Positions 60,394 through 64,000 of a stretch of DNA of 64,000 nucleotides are shown piece by piece. The stretch's first letter is position 1, and every line of letters starts with the position of its first letter. The stretch spans positions 275,652,001 to 275,716,000 of the forward strand of contig NC_088791.1 of the NCBI RefSeq assembly GCF_011386835.1, read 5' to 3'. Both the position numbers and the translations under genes were made by a program. Under the pieces are notes generated by a model. The model worked only from the letters and a program-made list of their open reading frames with translations. It made no database searches and had not been told where the DNA came from. Source of the stretch: Chrysemys picta bellii. Its lineage: Eukaryota.

Positions 60394-62273
60394 GATATTA
60401 ATGTTCAACAGATCAAGACTTTTAAAATAATACCTCACAAGTGATACTTTGTACAAAACATATTATAATTATATGACAGTGGTGAATATGGGGGTTTCAG
60501 GGTGCTACTCTGAAGTACAGTGTCACAAGGTCGACCACCGACAAGATGGCAGAACATTGTACGCAGGGACATAACCAGGCTGGGCTTAATGGGGAAACAA
60601 GCCATGGACAGGAATGAATGGTAATGCTGTATAACTCCCCCTGCATGTAAAAGTACTCAGGGATGAAAAGAAAAAGGGAAGGGCTGGACCATCCTCTCAC
60701 ATAGTGAAACCCACAGGAGTTGGCTAATGGGAGGAAAACTCAGTGGTGATTTCCCTGTCAAATTTCTCTCACGTTCCATTAGCTGGGAAAATATGGTTTG
60801 CTCCCCTTTCCGAAAATGATTGTCAGGACCCATCTACCCAACTTCGCATATCCTGGGGATCCATAGGAGGCCAGAGACATCTCTGAAGAGATTCTGTGAC
60901 TGTACATTGGCTCTGGAGCCTACTATTCTGCACCACTCTCTGGCAGTGCAGTGCCTTTCAGGAAGTCCCCTGGACGTGGCTGCCTTTGGGAACTGCCCAC
61001 TCTTCCCCCAGGCTCTATTCCTTCCCAAATCATCTCTGCAGAATTAATGGAGGGACAACGTACATTCACTGCCTCCCCTCCAATCACTGCAAGACAGTGC
61101 ACTACCTGCCCTAGCCGGTTCAGTCTCCTTCCCAGCCTAAGGAGCACCCTCTGCAGGATTCCGGGGAAGGGACAGTGCTGTCACAGAGGAGGATGAATCA
61201 CCCCTCTTCCACACAGAAGGGAAGAGAACTACACATGAAGGGGCCCCTATCTGCATGGATCAGGGTAGCACAATTTGACTATGTTCCCAGGTTGAGTTTG
61301 GGGATTTAAAACTCTGAGGCCAGATGCTGCTCTCAGTCACACCAGTGTATAATTCGGAGCTCCTCTGCATGCATGCTGGTGTAGTGAGAGCTGAAAGTGG
61401 CCGTCATGCAAGAAAATGAGCTGTCAAGTGGCAATAATATAACTGACGTGCAGAACAATAACACAGGCAACCATGGGAGGGGAAAAAGGAGGATGTATGT
61501 TCTCCTCCCTCCACACCCAACTTTTTACTATCCTGCTGATCATCTCCATACAGTAGCTGGGTTCTTGCATTCTCATTCGTTGTGGCCCCAACTTTTTTCC
61601 CCTCTGTTCACAACAGGTTTGTAATACAGTTAAACATAAATAGGAGCATAAACTGAAATACACTGGGCTGCATTACAACTGTGTGGCCTGTAAGCACAAT
61701 AAAAGCTATGGTGATAAATCTTTAAGTAGGAGTCAATAAAGCAATAATACTGTACTGTGAAAACTGATCATTTAACATAACGACTAATTTATAACACCAT
61801 TAACTTGTCCTTAGCTTTGTGTTAGGACAGTTTACTAAGTGAGTGCTTGTTAACACTGTAATGAACAGTTTCTTGGGGGGAAGGAGGGCAGAGGGGGAAA
61901 GAAAGACTTCAATAACAGAGTCTTTAAGTTATTGACAGCTGTGAAATCAGATCTTCTCTCTATCAGAACAGAAAAGCTTGTGGGGCCAAGATACAAAGAT
62001 TATGAAAATACAGATGTTTAATCTTTATGGCATTAAAAATTTCAAAGAAATTAGTATTCAAATAAATGCAGCAAATGACAGGGTACACTGAGTCACCTTA
62101 AATTAAGCTTTTGGGGAACAGATTTTTGTCCCTTTCCAATGCAAAGGGGTTGGAAACTACATGCAAATCCCCTGATGGTAATTCCTTCATTTTGGGGAGA
62201 CCTCAGCATCTGCTTCCTTCCACTCAGTCTGGTGTAGAAGGTGTGTTTGGTACAGGCATAGGGTGTGTGCGGG

Positions 62274-62508
62274 CAGGGCTGGCTCCAGGCACCAGCTGAG
62301 CAAGCAGGTGCTTGGGATGGCCAAGGGGAAGGGACAGCACGTCGGGCTCTTCCGCAGCAATTCAGCGGAGGGGCCTTGTCCCTCTTGGAGGGAAGGACCT
62401 GCCGCCGAATTGCCGCTGAAGAAGAAAGCGGTGTGGTGGAGCTGCTGCCGATCGCAGCCTTTTTTTTCCCGCCGCTTGGGGCGGCAAAAACCCAGGATCC
62501 GGCACCTG
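62274..62508. mobile_element. hAT MITE (CAGGGC[C/T]GGCTCCAG family)
   Basis: Homologous to the 56652 copy; TSD tgtgcggg/tgtggggg. Confidence 0.9.
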
Positions 62509-62553
62509 TGTGGGGGTCAAGGACAGGGAGTGGCCAGAATAGTTTGTGTTGTT

Positions 62554-63167
62554 CAGGGGTGAAATAACTTACAGGACTTACTGGTACTGCCGGAGTCCTG
62601 AGGGGGGCGTGACCTCGTCTGGAAGAGGCGTGGCCTCAATCAGAAGAGGCGGGGCCTCTCAAGATTTAAAGGGCCTGGGGTACCGGCTGAGGCTGGGAGC
62701 CCCAGGGCCTTTAAATCAACCCGGGGCTCCCAGCTGCAGAGGTGGCTGGGAGCCCCCGGGGTTCAGAGGCAAATTAAAGGGCCCGGGGCTCTGGCCGCTG
62801 CGGATCTCCAGGCCCTTTAAATCCCCACTGCAGCTCCGGGTGGGCGGGATTTAAAGGGCCCGGAGCTCCCACAGCTGCGTGGAACCCTGAGTCCTTTAAA
62901 TCTCGGCCCCAGCCCAGACGCCGGAGCTGCAGGCATGATTCAAAGGGCTCTGGGCTGCATGCAGCCACAAGAGCTCCGAGCCCTTTAAATCCCGGCCCCA
63001 GCCCAGCTGCCGGAGCTGCTGGAAGGATTCAAAGGGCTATGGGCTCCACGCTGTGGGGAGCCCAGAGCCCTTTAAATCCTCGCGGCGGAGGCCGGTGCGG
63101 TCCAGCATGGCGTACTGGGTCTTGCCGTTATGCTGTACTGGATCGTACCGGCTTACTTTCACCTCTG
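62554..63167. mobile_element. hAT-type MITE with repeated CCCTTTAAATC/GATTTAAAGGG motifs
   Basis: TIR CAGGGGTGAAA / TTTCACCTCTG; perfect TSD gtgttgtt. Confidence 0.92.
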
Positions 63168-63214
63168 GTGTTGTTGCTATTCCCCAGCTGGTATATGAAG
63201 TCTGTGTCCAGCTG

Positions 63215-63713
63215 CATGGGCGATGGGTATCATAGGCTGGGGTAGGCAGTGCCTCCACAAACAGCCAGATGTGGCCCCGCCCATGCTCCGCCCTCTGCCC
63301 CCCCTCTTCCTCCACCCCCGCTTCCACTCGGTGCAGCTCCAGTCTCCCGGGGTGGCCCAGGCTTGGGCCGCACCACCCACCCTCCTCGCGCTCCGGGGCT
63401 GGGGAGGCTGGGGCCGTGCACTGCCTGCCCTTCCGTTGCTCTGGGGCTGCTAGGGCCACACCCCGGCACTCCGGGGCTGGGAATGCTAGGGCCGCGCAGC
63501 CCGCCCTCCCGGTGCTCCAGGGCTGGGAAGGCTGGGGCTGTGCCACCCGTTCCAGGGCTGAGGAGGGGAGGCTGGGGGTGCTCCGGGGCTAGGGGCAGCG
63601 GTGGAGGTGGGCTCTGGGATCCAACTGGGGGTGCGGAAGGGGCAGGGTCTCAGGCATAAGGGGCGGGGCTTGGGGGCAGCCTCCCCCAGCTAGCAGTTCA
63701 TGCGCTGCTTATG
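63215..63713. mobile_element. hAT-type MITE (CATRGGCG...GCTTATG ends)
   Basis: TSD tccagctg/cccagctg; internal ctccggggct repeats. Confidence 0.85.
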
Positions 63714-64000
63714 CCCAGCTGGTAGAAGTTGTGAATTCCCCAGGCTGCCCTAATCTAAACCAGGGCTGGGACAGAAAATCTGAGAGCTGTAACCAACTGG
63801 GTCCTAGGTCAGTCTTATAGAGGTTTTACATTAGGTTAGCTCCTTTGACTTCAGTGGAGTTACTCCAGATTTAAGCTGGTCTGACCAAGATCAGAATTTG
63901 GCCTTCAAGTACACTCTTTGAAATAAAAAATGGACAGTTTCTCCTTACATCTTCGTGCTGTTACACTGTGGTAATTGGCAGTGTGATGATGCGGTTCTGG

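Larger units (their letters stand above)
58324..60527 (-). mobile_element. ERV-like solo LTR containing a Penelope insertion
   Basis: TGTGAC ... GTCACA; 60400-60527 is the reverse homologue of the 16825 and 48256 LTR starts. Confidence 0.82.
56530..60650 (+). mobile_element. Decayed RTE-clade LINE RT, host to a MITE, an LTR and a Penelope element
   Basis: VLELWKEHF, EPPSQEEIERVVERLK..GIDSITAELLK, KKGNPANPYNYRGISLL, FIDFTKVFD, YADDI; after the LTR, GRPPTRWQNIVRRDI...AMDRNEW. Confidence 0.88.

Noticed and set aside
1-64000. CRISPR array, operons or other prokaryotic systems
   Set aside because: No regularly spaced direct repeats with unique spacers and no dense coding; the content is vertebrate retroelements and DNA transposons.

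Overview
Eukaryotic, transposon-dense vertebrate DNA, most likely turtle. This is inferred from tRNA-headed, CR1-tailed 'tortoise PolIII'-type SINEs and the mix of CR1, RTE, Penelope, hAT, Harbinger and Gypsy elements; the species was not verified. No intact multi-exon gene, rRNA/tRNA gene or CRISPR array is visible, and the window looks like a large intron or intergenic region. Most computed ORFs are chance frames in GC-rich MITEs or LTRs. The recognisable coding remnants are hAT, Harbinger, Gypsy gag/PR/RT/RH/IN, RTE RT, CR1 and Penelope GIY-YIG, all decayed. Notable structures: (1) a fold-back hAT built from two inverted transposase 3' ends; (2) Gypsy sequence whose LTR-gag-protease part points opposite to its RT-RH-IN-LTR part, with hAT ends at both junctions and an inverted tRNA-Leu PBS; (3) Penelope termini with minimal hammerhead motifs, including a perfect 87-bp hairpin; (4) multi-level nested insertions; (5) a few candidate exons of an unidentified plus-strand host gene. 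I found no clearly novel biological system. Coordinates were counted by hand, and boundaries lacking TIR/TSD support are approximate.
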